From the NCBI GenBank assembly GCA_964016885.1, contig OZ024742.1, positions 229,772,001 to 229,836,000 on the forward strand: a stretch of 64,000 nt of DNA. The letters run 5' to 3'. The notes beneath the pieces are model-generated. The model had not been told where the DNA came from. It ran no database searches and saw only the letters and a program-made list of their open reading frames with translations. Made by a program: the position numbers and the translations under genes. The DNA comes from Eledone cirrhosa. Taxonomy: Eukaryota. Shown in pieces: positions 26,842-40,520 of the stretch (its first letter is position 1; every line of letters begins with the position of its first letter).

Positions 26842-29826
26842 ATTTATTAATGCATGGACGGTTATATGACCTCCTTTTCAGCCGAGAGACATACCAATAC
26901 ATATTCAAACATTGATACATATTCAAACATTGTGGGTCAACATTCATTACAGAATTTAGAGTGGCAGTACACACTTCGAGATTACATTTATATTAATAGG
27001 TACAATCAAAAATCAAAGATATAGGTTAAAGTACAACATGAAGATAAGTGGTTATATAGTGCAAATGTTATATGTGTGGCACGCATGTGCGTCTTGTTTA
27101 TATAGTGTGGCAGAGAGATATGTGTGGTAGAGGCACTTAGGAAGGTAAATAAGAGTGTTAGGTTGGTAGATCTGGTGGCAAAATCTTTATATGATTGATA
27201 TAGTCTGTGTGTGGAGAAATATTATAAGCATTAAAGATAGTGCAAGCATTAAAAGTGTTATAAGTATTGGAGATGCACAGCGCAGGGATGTCAAGTAATT
27301 CATGTACTTCGGCATTTTCATGGTCAAGGGAGTGTATATTTCGATTATATGCCTTTCACATAATCCACGACAATCCAGTTAGAGATCGTAGTCTGGTGTT
27401 CTTTAGTTCGATACAGGAGGTTGTTACGTTTCGAGAAACGCCATTGAACACCGGAAGTGTGTGTGTGGCTAAGGGGAGTTAATGCATGCGGCGAGGTAAC
27501 TCTGGGGTTTCTATATCTAGCCATTAAAATGTGTCCCAATATAGACCCTAAATTCTATGGTGAAGTGCACCTTCCAAGAGAGACTTTTAAAGCATAAAGT
27601 GTATTAACTATAGAGTAGTTTAACTAAGTTATGCTGAAGGTGATCATATTATTATTATGGTGGATTAACCCATCTTAAGGTGCTACAAATGGAAATTATA
27701 GATGATGAGCGAGGATTCTAAATTAATGATCTCTGTGGTTGTAGTCTGCTCATATGACCAGGCGCGGTGATTGCAGGATTGCTTCAGGACCCAATGATCT
27801 CTGGTAAGATCTGGGTCATCGCTTGCTACATTGGATGTCGAAAGATAATCGTCCCCAGGCAGGCCAAAGGTCAATCCGCAGTCCTCGCGACCCCTCTCTG
27901 ACCGTCAGATCATCCATATACGTACAACCCGCACGCCAGTTGCATTGCATTCACTCACTGCGCTCAGCAGCCCGGTCCTACTGGTCAACAGCGCTACTCG
28001 ATTAAATCATTTTAAATCTGTCTAAGGAAGGTGTTTCCTCTGCCCAACACCATCCAACCGATCAATTCATGTTCAAATTACCCTTAGAGCGGTGTAGTGC
28101 CGTCCAAGTGGGTGGATGTTGTCACACCTGCCATAGAGGTATAAATGGGTATTTTCCCTGCGAAGGGTTCCAGAGGGATGTCGTTGTTTGTGTTATAATG
28201 GATCAGCTAGTGTTGGGTATGTAGTATAGGGTGTGTCTCTGGTGTTTGATGCTAGATGTGGTGTTAGGTTCCAGTCCGACATTGCCATATATAGGGCTTA
28301 AAGTTTAGGAAGGAATGTCTGAGGCGGTGCTGGCAAGTTGCAAACACCTCAGATTTTTTGTTAAGTAGGTTACGGTTGGAGAAGATAATATTGTGTGAAC
28401 CTAACACCACATCTAGCATCAAACACCAGAGACACACCCTATACTACATACCCAACACTAGCTGATCCATTATAACACAAACAACGACATCCCTCTGGAA
28501 CCCTTCGCAGGGAAAATACCCATTTATACCTCTACGGCAGGTGTGACAACATCCACCCACTTGAACGGCACTACACCGCTCTAAGGGTAATTTGAGCATG
28601 AATTGATCGGTTGGATGGTGTTGGGCAGAGGAAACACCTTCCTTAGACAGATGTAAAATGATTTAATCGAGTAGCGCTGTTGACCAGTAGGACCGGGCTG
28701 CTGAGCGCAGTGAGTGAATGCAATGCAACTGGCGTGCGGGTTGTACGTATATGGATGATCTGACGGTCAGAGAGGGGTCGCGAGGACTGCGGATTGACCT
28801 TTGGCCTGCCTGGGGACGATTATCTTTCGACATCCAATGTAGCAAGCGATGACCCAGATCTTACCAGAGATCATTGGGTCCTGAAGCAATCCTGCAATCA
28901 CCGCGCCTGGTCATATGAGCAGACTACAACCACAGAGATCATTAATTTAGAATCCTCGCTCATCATCTATAATTTCCATTTGTAGCACCTTAAGATGGGT
29001 TAATCCACCATAATAATAATATGATCACCTTCAGCATAACTTAGTTAAACTACTCTATAGTTAATACACTTTATGCTTTAAAAGTCTCTCTTGGAAGGTG
29101 CACTTCACCATAGAATTTAGGGTCTATATTGGGACACATTTTAATGGCTAGATATAGAAACCCCAGAGTTACCTCGCCGCATGCATTAACTCCCCTTAGC
29201 CACACACACACTTCCGGTGTTCAATGGCGTTTCTCGAAACGTAACAACCTCCTGTATCGAACTAAAGAACACCAGACTACGATCTCTAACTGGATTGTCG
29301 TGGATTATGTGAAAGGCATATAATCGAAATATACACTCCCTTGACCATGAAAATGCCGAAGTACATGAATTACTTGACATCCCTGCGCTGTGCATCTCCA
29401 ATACTTATAACACTTTTAATGCTTGCACTATCTTTAATGCTTATAATATTTCTCCACACACAGACTATATCAATCATATAAAGATTTTGCCACCAGATCT
29501 ACCAACCTAACACTCTTATTTACCTTCCTAAGTGCCTCTACCACACATATCTCTCTGCCACACTATATAAACAAGACGCACATGCGTGCCACACATATAA
29601 CATTTGCACTATATAACCACTTATCTTCATGTTGTACTTTAACCTATATCTTTGATTTTTGATTGTACCTATTAATATAAATGTAATCTCGAAGTGTGTA
29701 CTGCCACTCTAAATTCTGTAATGAATGTTGACCCACAATGTTTGAATATGTATCAATGTTTGAATATGTATTGGTATGTCTCTCGGCTGAAAAGGAGGTC
29801 ATATAACCGTCCATGCATTAATAAAT

Positions 29827-29873
29827 TGCTCCGAAGAATCCAAACCTCGGTTTGGAGGAAACAGCTGTAAGCA
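29827..29873 (+). ncRNA. Type I HHR with U4C core
   Basis: tgct-CCGAAGA-a-tccaaac-ctcg-gtttgga-g-GAAA-cagctg-TA-agca; all three stems pair. Confidence 0.75.
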
Positions 29874-31083
29874 CAATAATGTTTTGAACAGTTCTTTGAT
29901 TCTTATATTTCATATATTTCATATATATATATATATATATTTCTATGTATATATATATATATTTATATATTTATACATATATATATCTGTGTGTGTATGT
30001 GTGTACCTTTGTCGTTTGCATTCAATGTCATTGTCAATAGGTTAGTTTTTCTTATGTTTGTATTAGTGGTTAGTTTTCTAATAATTGAATTAGTGAAATT
30101 TACTGAAACAAGAAGTATCAATTAAATACCAAGTATCGTAGCTGATGTTTCAGATAAAAGATTCTATTTGATGGTTGTATAGAGGAAATAGTTATGAGTT
30201 CCCATTAATTGACATAGCAAATACTAATTATATAGGCCAGACAGACCAGTGATATTATCAAAATATCAATAAACATGTGTAAAGTCAATGCTTGTGTATA
30301 CTAAGTGTTTGTTGCAAAATTAATCCATTTAATTCAAAGCTTTGTTTTTTAAACCATATCAGTATGATATACAATGTAATAATGTACACTAGAAATAAAT
30401 GGTGTTTTCGCTATAATTATAGTAGACGTTTGATTATAAACATTATGAAAAGTCATTACATTGATGACTTCATATCTAATTGTTCAGTTGCTGGCAATTT
30501 ACGTTTTAGATTTAGAACTACACAAGCTGGACTCGGCTGGTGTCAAAATCATGACACTTTAGGCTGGTAGCTTCATGTAAAAATCATTACAGTAACACAT
30601 TTATTTCCAATTGGCTAGTTACTGATAATTTAACTTTTACAGATCTGAAAATCTGATATCAGTTGATGTAAAAATCAGGAATTCATTTCACGGAATTCAT
30701 GCCACATGTGACTGTTAATTTGATGAACAACCCTTTGTGGGAATACGTCTTAATACTAAAAAATTAACACTTTCAGTCACCCAAAACATTTTGAGGTACT
30801 CAAATAGTTGAACATTAGTTTAAAAAAATAATAAAAATAACGAACACGATCAAAGTAACTCTAATTTCATTGCTTACAATGTTTTGAAAAATAACTAAAA
30901 TTTACGTTCAATCCCACCATGGGATAGTAAAATATAGAAAATGGCACTGGCGTTGAAATAGTTAGTATCGGATCAAATATTCTATTACAGATACATATTT
31001 TCTTCACCCTATACTTAAAAATAATCTCTCTCTCACTACATATATATATACTGTGGTTATCCCCGATTGAACCCGACATAAAG

Positions 31084-31131
<48 letters not shown>

Positions 31132-31792
31132 TGTTGTTATATTGTCATATTTGGAGATGGTCATGATGCTAGTATTGACAATAATAACAACCACACGCAC
31201 CGTATACTGTTTAGTTTATCTTTATATTATTTCGTCAAAGTTCTATCGTCACACATCCTGTGACCTCTTCAATGTCTATTTGTTTTGTTTTCTGCCTCCG
31301 CTTCTGTCTTGTTTTAATCTGTTTCTCCTCTACTTATATGATGTAAATTGAGATGTTTTCATCTTAAATTACTTATATGCTTTCATTCTGTTATTCAACA
31401 GGTGCAGGAGTCAGGTAGAATATCTGAGGTATAGCATGATCATAGATAAATACAAAATATCATCAGTTTTAAGGTAGAAAAAGGTGAAACAATATAAGTA
31501 ATCTACAAGCCACACATTTAAAAGAAAACTTAAATGTTAGTAATATAGGTTGTTTTTGAATAATATATCACAGATAATAGTTAAACTGTTGGAATGAACT
31601 TTCACATTGAAATTTGTGTTATGCAGTTGAAAAGAGGGATATGTTGAGCAGTTAGCAAGGTCAAAAAGAATACACTGAAATACACATTAAGATATGAAGA
31701 ATGATTAGAAAGTTTCCAACGAAGAACATCAAAACCAGAATATTGATACCATCATCATCTAATGGGCTATCAGTCTTCTTTTTGAATTAAAT

Positions 31793-31978
31793 AATTGTTT
31801 CTACTTTAGGCACAAGGCCAGCAATTACCCCAGTGCATTAATACTGCTTTATTTTATCGACTGCGTAAGGATAAAAGGTAAAACAAGTCTCCGCGGGATT
31901 TGAAATAAGAACGTAAAGGGCCATAAGTCTATGCTGTAAAGCATGGTGTCTGACCCTCTACCGATACTGCCAATCCAC
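31793..31978 (-). mobile_element. tRNA-derived SINE
   Basis: Full head and core on the minus strand. Confidence 0.85.
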
Positions 31979-31994
31979 TACCCTATTTTTGAAA

Positions 31995-32760
31995 TAAACG
32001 ACCGAATAGTTCGGGCGTGGGGCCGGTGTACTGGGCAAAAATGTTGGGCCTCAACATGGTCAACGAAAAGGTTGGCATAGTTTGGGCCCATTCTTGTATC
32101 CATGGCTACCCCCGTGACCTGTTGGTAAAACGCACCTGAGCAGGAGAAGTAGTTGATGGTGAGGACCAGCTCGGCGAGGCGAAGCGGGTGGGGGTAGAGG
32201 GAAAGGAGGAGGGGCGAAGGTCGAGGTAGTGCCTTAGGGCACGTAGGCCGTCGACGTGGGGGATGACAGTATAGAGGGACTTGATATCTAGGGTGAAGTG
32301 GAGGCTGTGTGGGCCGGGTGGGAAAGTGAAGAAGTCGAGCAGGCGAAGGGCGTGGTTGCTGTCTGAGATGTGAGGGGGGAGGCTGGTGAGAGGCGGGCGA
32401 GGATGGAGTCAAGAAAGGCGGAGATGAGTTCGGTGGGGCAATTGCCAGCGGAGACGATGGGGCGGCGGGGTTGTCGGGTTTGTGGAGTTTGGGGAGGAAG
32501 GAGATAGTAGGGGTGCGGGGGGGGGACGTTGAGGTGGAAAGTGGTGAGAAGGAGGAGGGAGGAGGAGACAAGGTGTTGCATGGTGGAGGAAACTTGTTGT
32601 TGGTAGAGGGGTGTGGTGTCGGAGGGTAAAGTGTGGTAGAAGAGGGGGTTACGGAGCTGCCTGAGGGCTTCGGCCCTGTAGAGGTCAGCGCGCCACACCA
32701 CCACTGCACTTCCCTTGTGCGCCGGTTTGACATACCCTTAAAGAAGGCAACCATTACTGT
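31995..32760 (-). pseudogene. Penelope/Poseidon-type reverse transcriptase fragment
   Basis: LPKLHKPDNP, RPIVSAGNCPTELISAFLD, FYQQVTGVAMDTRMGPNYANLFV. Confidence 0.88.
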
Positions 32761-33001
32761 TGGAAGCTCCAGGATATGTCAATATTTATTTATAAAACTG
32801 ATCTATATTATATTTTATCTGATGAAAGCACACCATAATTTAACTTGGTGTCCTTGAAATATGTATAATGAAATAAATATGGTTTTATAAATATAGTTTC
32901 CATTTGTTAATATCGTATTTTTACTCCAAATATTTGTTGAGTGCTTTATATCAGGTATAAAAATATTTGCTTGTTGTATCCCAACAATTTAAATAGAACT
33001 T

Positions 33002-33065
<64 letters not shown>

Positions 33066-33068
<3 letters not shown>

Positions 33069-33905
33069 CTTTGATAACTTTGATAACTTTGATAGGTTTC
33101 GGCCAGTATTGGCCCAGGCCATGTCAAACTTGATACCACCACCTGGCGAAGTCTTACAAATCAGTGTTTGGGCACCAAGGCCCACTCGAGCAGAGAGTTA
33201 TTGTTTACGGAGGCATATCCGGGTTTAGGAGGCTTATCCGGGATTTCTTGAAGGAGTTTGTCCAAAGACTTCTTGAACTTGATGGGGTCTGTTTCTCTTT
33301 TAATGTGTTTTGGTGTAATGTTAAGGAGATCAGGGCCAATTGAGGTGAAATAATTGTGCCGTATTGTTGTTATGAGATGCGAGTAAGATTTTTGACGTGG
33401 GCGGATAGCACAGGGCACAAGCCTTGGTTATACATTAAAGGTGATGCCAACATCATTTGGGCAAAGCTGATGGAATATTTTCCACATCATGCAGATAATG
33501 TAGCGCTCACGGCGACATTGGAGAGAATAAAGGTTGAGCTTTTCTAATCTACTCCAATAGTCAAGGCCTGTCATGCCATCTATCTTTTTTGTAAGCGATC
33601 TTTGAGGTGCTTCAACTTTCATGATACTCTGTTTCGTGTGGGGAGACCACAGTGGACAACAGTATTCAAGGTAGAGTCGGGCAAAAGTGGAGAAGAGAAG
33701 GATAACAGTGTGGATATCTCTCGACTGGAAGGTTCAACTTTGTTGTTTATATGAGTGGCCCAGGTTATGTTGTTGTCCACAATTACTCCCAGGTCTCTGA
33801 TGTTGGGTGCCACTAGAGTTTCACCCAAAGGACGAGAGTATGGTAGATTCAGGGCATCCTTTTTTCCAAAGTGGATTAATTCAAACTTATCCTTATTCAA
33901 CAGCA
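33066..33905 (-). pseudogene. CR1-clade LINE 3' end with 9-bp tail repeats
   Basis: LNKDKFELIHFG, IRDLGVIVD, RLEKLNLYSLQCRRERY, FKKSLDKLL..IPDKP; tail (atcaaagtt)x3. Confidence 0.85.
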
Positions 33906-33980
33906 TAGATCAGTGGAAAAAAAACCCTTTCTCAAACCATGACCTGGTTCTTTGTAACCTGAGATTCCACCAGCCGAAAG

Positions 33981-34029
<49 letters not shown>

Positions 34030-34479
34030 GGTGGCGGACTGGCCAGGCTGCCAGGTTATCACATGGCAAGTGGGTCCCAGGGGGCCCACGGTAACATTGC
34101 AAAAGCCACAGTAGCATTGCAGAGTACCCTGTAGTATTTTAGGGGCCAATGCTTTACTCTAAAAAAATACTTGAAATCTAAGAGAAAGAATAAAATAAAA
34201 ATAAATAAATAAAACAATTACGCAAAGCATTTGGTCAACCAATTCGCCGGGGAATTACTAGAAACTAAAATATACAACAGTGCAAGTAGTTGAAATCAGT
34301 GGTTGTACATTCTACTAAATCTAAAGTTTAGTGTATTCATTCATGCAGACATACATATATGCATATATATATAGATACACAAACTACGGACCAGATAATA
34401 TTTGGTATCAATGGGTAAAAGACATCTGTGAAATTTATTAGTGGTGAAGGTGGTGTGTGTGTGTATATATAATTGATTC

Positions 34480-34616
34480 TATTATTGGCAGGCGCAAGGC
34501 CAGTAATAACCCCAGTGCATTACTGGTACTTTATTCTATCCACCCCGTATGAAGGATGTAACTCTATGCTGGAAAGCATGGCGTAAGACCCTCTACCGAT
34601 ACTGCCAATTCATCGC
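34480..34616 (-). mobile_element. Internally deleted tRNA-derived SINE
   Basis: ccctctaccgatactgccaat head and cccagtgcattactggtac tail. Confidence 0.75.
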
Positions 34617-34617
34617 C

Positions 34618-34825
<208 letters not shown>

Positions 34826-35089
34826 TAATATATATATAGATAGATAGATAATATATATATATATATATAATGTCAATCATTGTAACTTTTAATCTGACGT
34901 ACAAAAGCATATGAATAAAGTAATCCCAAATCATTATAGATTCAAATATCACAGAGAGAAAGAGAGGGGGGGGGGGGTAATGAGGTACAATAGAAATGAA
35001 ACATCGATTGCAGGTTAGGGTTAGTGTTAGGATGTAGATTATGGAACACCCAAATGATTTAGAAGTCGACCTTAAGTAGGAGCAATAAC

Positions 35090-35490
35090 ATTAAGAAAGA
35101 CATGATGGATACCACAACACTTTGTTTTGAAAATTTTGAAAGTAGGTTTATAAGTATGAATTATCATATGATTTTTCGTAGTTGTGTCTGTGGCCTAGCG
35201 GTAGGTATTTAGAGACGGTGGAGATCTTGGGTTTGGGTTCAATCCTGGTCAAGAAGTACTTGTACCTTTTTCAGTTTTTATTTTACAACCACAAGAAAAA
35301 CATTAAAAGGTTTACTGGGGACGGTACTCCCGACCAGGATCGAACTTCAGACCAGGATCACCACCGTCTATGATTCCTACAACTAGACCAACGAGACACC
35401 TACGAAAGTGTTATAAAAAATTGATAATTATAAACTTACTTTCAAAATCAAAGTTTAAAAGATGTGTCGTTAATGGCTTCCTAGAGCTAT
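35090..35490. mobile_element. Diverged inverted pair of a tRNA-like element with AT-rich upstream leader
   Basis: tggcctagcgg..gggttcaatcctggtc at ~35190-35270; mirror tggtctagttg..gttcgatcctggtc at ~35330-35405. Confidence 0.6.
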
Positions 35491-35684
35491 TTAATAATAT
35501 TTAGGGTCGACTTTTGGTCATTTGAAAGTCTCTGGAGAAGGTAAGATATTTTTCCGCAAAAATTTGATTGCATTCTATTGTTTCCACTTATGTATTTTTC
35601 GAAAATTAAATCATAGCATTCTATATATTGGTGGGCCCCCTTCATCTCCCGGCAACCAATATTTTTAGACCCAGTTCGCCACTG

Positions 35685-35799
<115 letters not shown>

Positions 35800-36479
35800 G
35801 TGTATATGCATGTATGCATGTATGCATGTCTGTATGTGTGCGTGCATATACAAGTGCATGAGGGGTACATGTGTGTTGATGCCTGTGTGTATAAGTTCCA
35901 GACTTGAAACTTTCTTCACCGTAGTGCTTCAGCAAGACGACATTATGATCACTTAATGCAGCTAAACAATAAAAGAACGCCTATTATGTTGTAATTAACT
36001 CCATATTACTCGAACATTAGTAAGTATCAACGCTTTTACATATGTTTAATCTTATACTTACTTTTCTCTCATTCCTTTTCATTACGTTGTTAACGCGTGA
36101 TACATTGAACGCATGGAACTCGCAGTGGACTTTAGAACAGCGAGGCGCCTAAACCTTGTAAAAAGACACAAATTGCTGGGCGGAAGCGATGCCATGCAGT
36201 TCAGTGGTTAACAGTGCTGAGAAGTACGTTCCAGGTGTGCAAAGCCTGAGAGCTAATTTTAATCGTAGTTAGATGTAGGTCACACGTCATAGTGTTCAAT
36301 TTCCTTCAACATAAAATCTAGATGTATTCTGCTTGTCTATGAATAAATGTATCAATGTAATTGTGCTCGTACCGACATATAAGTTCTGAAAACATACCAT
36401 CCATACAAACACACCCATATATATCTATATATATATATATATATATGAAATACTCATATACATAATATGTATACATACA

Positions 36480-36541
<62 letters not shown>

Positions 36542-36559
36542 AATATATGTATATATACA

Positions 36560-36775
36560 TATGTGGAATGGGTGTAGTGTTGGTATAATGGTAGCACAGT
36601 GGTGTGGATAACCAAAGATGTGTGTTCCAGTCCCATGTACGTCATTACTCATCCTTTCCCATTTTTAGAGGGTTTTTGAACCCCACTATCAGGCTAAAAC
36701 ATTTATATAGTCAAAGACACGGCAAGAGGTTCTATCTCTACCAAATTTCAAACTTCACTCACTGTTTGAAAACAA
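36560..36775 (+). mobile_element. tRNA-headed element, same family as 41902-42321 and 61867-62470
   Basis: tggtataatggtagcac..ggataaccaaagatgtg..aaccccactatcaggctaaa. Confidence 0.75.
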
Positions 36776-37094
36776 ACTTATATATATACATTCATATAAT
36801 ATATATATATATATACTGTAAAGTATGTCCATAGAATCATTTGATAATATATATACACCATTTCCTCTCCTAATTAGCATAAATAACCACACAAAAAAGC
36901 AATTAAACCAGGCTATAAGATTAAAAGGCACCTATGAAGAAATAGTAGATAAACAAACGATAGCCATCTATTCGCGATCAACCGCTATAGTATATTTACC
37001 CAACATTTCAATAGCACGTGGAAATCGCTTAAATATACCGTCAACCATACACAATTAGGTATAAAATTAAAGTTAGAAGAAAAAATATATATAT

Positions 37095-37635
37095 ATGTAA
37101 GTATGTATGTATACGTACATACATATATGTATACAGACGTACAGTAGTATGTATATATATACATACATGCACACATATATATATGTACGTATGGGTTTAC
37201 CGAACATTTATTATAATGTTCGGTTTGTTTGTTTGTAAACAAGCAAACAGCCCGAATTACGCCGTACAGTGTTCAGGCAACCATCGTCGCCTTTTTGTTC
37301 AACACTGACACAGGAATGATATACTAGTTTCAAGCTTATTAGCTATCTTCAGCATCGTATACCTTTCTGCCAGATGATTGAACGTCTGAAAGTATATACT
37401 TTCCTTATGCATATTAACGTCTGAGCAGCTAATTTGCATATCGAGTGAGTTAGTCAGCCGGGAACACCGAAAACGTTAAATGGAAAAGAATGAAACGAAA
37501 TTTCATTTCTCACTCTTAGTACGGCAGATACTTAAATTAGGCTGCTCAGCCGTTAATATGCATAAGGAAAGTATATACTTTCAGATGTTCAATCATCTGG
37601 CAGAAAGGTATACGAAGCTGACGATAGCTAATAAG
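37095..37635 (-). mobile_element. ~440-bp HHR-bearing non-coding element (retrozyme-like) plus inverted 5' duplication (~37535-37635)
   Basis: Circularly permuted relative to 52228-52530; internal HHR. Confidence 0.75.
37318..37356 (-). ncRNA. Minimal type I HHR
   Basis: gatg-CTGAAGA-t-agct-aata-agct-t-GAAA-ctag-TA-tatc. Confidence 0.78.
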
Positions 37636-37701
37636 ATGGAAGGTTTGTGGTCTTTCTCGCATCAGGTGTGAGAAAAACCACAAACCCTCCATCTCAAATC
37701 T

Positions 37702-37739
37702 ACTTTTGAAAAGCAGAAGAAATGCGAAACCGATAAAGG
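37702..37739 (+). ncRNA. HHR, U3-A8 core variant (drifted copy)
   Basis: ctt-TTGAAAA-gcagaagaaatgc-GAAA-ccga-TA-aag. Confidence 0.5.
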
Positions 37740-37805
37740 AACCAAATAAAAATATCTTTTTTTAAAAAAGACTCCAGTCGCATTTTCGATTTCATCTTTT
37801 TTCCT

Positions 37806-37892
<87 letters not shown>

Positions 37893-38469
37893 TAGTGTGA
37901 AGTTAGAAGGCCAGAACAATGCAGGTATGTATATAGACTATAAATACAAATGCAAAAGATATTGCTGACAATTAGTCTTTTACCTTAAATTTATTTGAAT
38001 ATCCTTAATTTTTTAGATAATATCTCTTCTTCGGAGGGAAGTAAAGGGGTTAATCCAGTGTTCTAATTAGCTTGCCAAGTCATGCTAACAGGAAATAGTA
38101 AAGAAATTCCATTCTATTTCTAATGTCAAAGAGTGAGGGTTTGGACATGTATATCTAAGTGTGTGTGGGAGAATACGTGTAGGTGTAAGCATGCGTGTGT
38201 GTGTGTGCGTGTGTGTGTGTGGGAGAATACGTGAAGGTGTAAGCATGCGTTTGTGTGTGTGTGGGAGAATACGTGAAGGTGTAAGCATGCGTGTGTGTGT
38301 GTGCGTGTGTGTGTGTGTGAGTGTGAAAGGACATATTTATATGTAAATGTGGGGGATAGATGCTCTATCATGTTAAAACTGGTCTATGTGTGTGTATGTG
38401 TGTGTGTGAGAGAGAATAAGTCAAGGTGTAAGCGTGTGTGTGTGTGTGTGTGTGTATGTTTGTATGTGT

Positions 38470-38893
38470 GAGATGGTACGTGGAGGTGTAAGTGTGAGGT
38501 TAGGTGCTCTATCATATTAAAAATTGGGTGTTGAGTTCTAGTCTGTTATTGATTGATGGATGTGTTTTGTCTATAAGTGCTTCTTTAATTCTAAGATTGC
38601 CGAGGTTTCTTTCCTTAGCTTCTATCCTAACTATTATGTTTTAGTCGGTGTTTTTGCATTCCACTAGGTATTTCTTAAATAAGGAAGCGTTAGTGTTGAG
38701 GTGTTCTTTTATTCTAATGTGAAGTGGTCTGGTGGTGCTACCTATGTAGAAATTGCTGCATTTGTAGCACTCTAATCTGTATACGACGTAAGCCTGGTGG
38801 CATAGGTATGTGTCATCGATGAGGCAGTTGGTTAGCCTGCAGCGGCTGTCATGTCTGGTGGAGTGTCTTTTGGTTAGCTGTCCGCGTAGAGGA

Positions 38894-38895
<2 letters not shown>
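38470..38895 (-). pseudogene. Penelope-like GIY-YIG endonuclease 3' fragment; ~50-bp GT-rich minisatellite in its 3'UTR (~38150-38500)
   Basis: VVYRLECYKCSNFYIGSTTRPLHIRIKEHL. Confidence 0.85.
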
Positions 38896-38936
<41 letters not shown>

Positions 38937-39375
38937 CATACATACCTTATCGAGTGCTTGACTGCACTTCTGAATGCATTCGTCGGCTTAGCTGCGGCTC
39001 GAGCTTCGAATATGCTGTACTTCCATTTGTATTACTATCTCCTAGACTTAATGTATAATTGATTAATTTAAGTAGACAATTCTATTGATTGCTTAATTAT
39101 TTATGTTTGTTTAATAGCGATCTGGTTGAGTGCTTGATTCAGTTTGTGTACGGAACTTATTCCATTGTTCTTAACTTGAATTTTACCGCCATAAACCGGG
39201 TCTTAGCTCCCTTTGGGGAAACATGTTCTCTCACAACCGGACTGGCGTCAGAACGGGACCCTGTTGAGAAAGTAAATCCTCTGTTGATCTTCCAGAACGT
39301 TAACTTGCATACACCGCAAGCGGATTTTGTAGCTTTCGGATATTGCAAAATATCGAAGTGATTGTCCAGGTTTGT

Positions 39376-39503
<128 letters not shown>

Positions 39504-39636
39504 AGTGAGGGTTTTTTTTACAAATTGAAAAATAACCGAGGTGTCCTACACGAGTGAAAGTATAAAGAAAAAGAGATGAAATCGAAAATGCAACTGGAGT
39601 CTTATTTTTTTAAAAAATATATATATATATTTGGTT

Positions 39637-39674
39637 CCTTTACCGGTTTCGCAGTTCTTCTGCTTTTCAAAAGG
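39637..39674 (-). ncRNA. HHR, U3-A8 core variant (best copy)
   Basis: cctt-TTGAAAA-gcag-aagaa-ctgc-GAAA-ccgg-TA-aagg; stems I and II perfect, palindromic stem III. Confidence 0.7.
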
Positions 39675-39948
39675 TGAGTTGAGATGGAGGGTCTGTGGTT
39701 TTTCTCTTAATTGTAAGAATGGAATAGCAACATCACAACTCACAATTAAGGACAAAATGAAAACACACACACACATAGAACAAACAACCAACCAGTAACA
39801 TGTAAATAAACAAATAAACAAACAAATATAAACACACACAGACACCCGGATGCAACACATGCGCAAACTAAGCACACAACGCACTCAAAAACAAGATTGC
39901 GTAGGACAGAACAAAGGAGAGGCACAAAAACAAAGAAAAGAATCCCCA

Positions 39949-39991
39949 GTCACTGAAGAGGTCACAGAATGTGTGACGAAATAACTTTGAC
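39949..39991 (+). ncRNA. Minimal type I HHR
   Basis: gtca-CTGAAGA-g-gtcaca-gaatg-tgtgac-GAAA-taac-TT-tgac; weak stem III. Confidence 0.6.
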
Positions 39992-40201
39992 AATATATGA
40001 ACAATCGTTTGGTTGTGGAACCAATCAACCAACCGGAAATTTATAAATTCCTAAATTTATAAATTTAATTTATAATAAATTGATGTGAAAGCAACTGGTG
40101 CATGTGTTTCTTATTGGCAACATGACCCTCCCAAAGTATAACGATATCGGTTTCAACACTCGTTTTCAGATAAAGAATCTTGCTAAACAAATTCAGAAAC
40201 G

Positions 40202-40262
<61 letters not shown>

Positions 40263-40461
40263 TAAAAAAATAATGAATAAAACAATGAAACAGTTCCTTA
40301 TATTAAACAAAAAAAGTTCATTATTTAACGATCGTTTCTAGGATATATATGTGTTAGAATTGGCATGTATATTCAACAGATCTATGTACAAAATTATACA
40401 AAATTATACAAACTATCAAAATTAAATATACATACCAACACATATATATGCCGTCTTCAGA

Positions 40462-40520
<59 letters not shown>

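Larger units (their letters stand above)
26752..29916. mobile_element. 5'-truncated Penelope-like element (probably Neptune-type) with inverted pLTR: 1520-bp arms (26752-28271 / 28397-29916), 125-bp spacer
   Basis: Mirror ORFs are identical (coordinate sum 56668). The spacer's minus strand reads HNIIFSNRNLLNKKSEVFATCQHR, like the Neptune C-terminal LLNKRSE..CRH. An HHR lies at both outer ends. Confidence 0.8.

Noticed and set aside
26752-29916. DNA transposon with long TIRs, or a read fold-back artefact
   Set aside because: The PLE ORF end in the spacer and terminal HHRs fit an inverted pLTR, and arm mismatches argue against a pure artefact; not fully excluded
30509-30561. Possible short plus-strand terminal exon (DLELHKLDSAGVKIMTL*)
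   Set aside because: Too short to distinguish from chance
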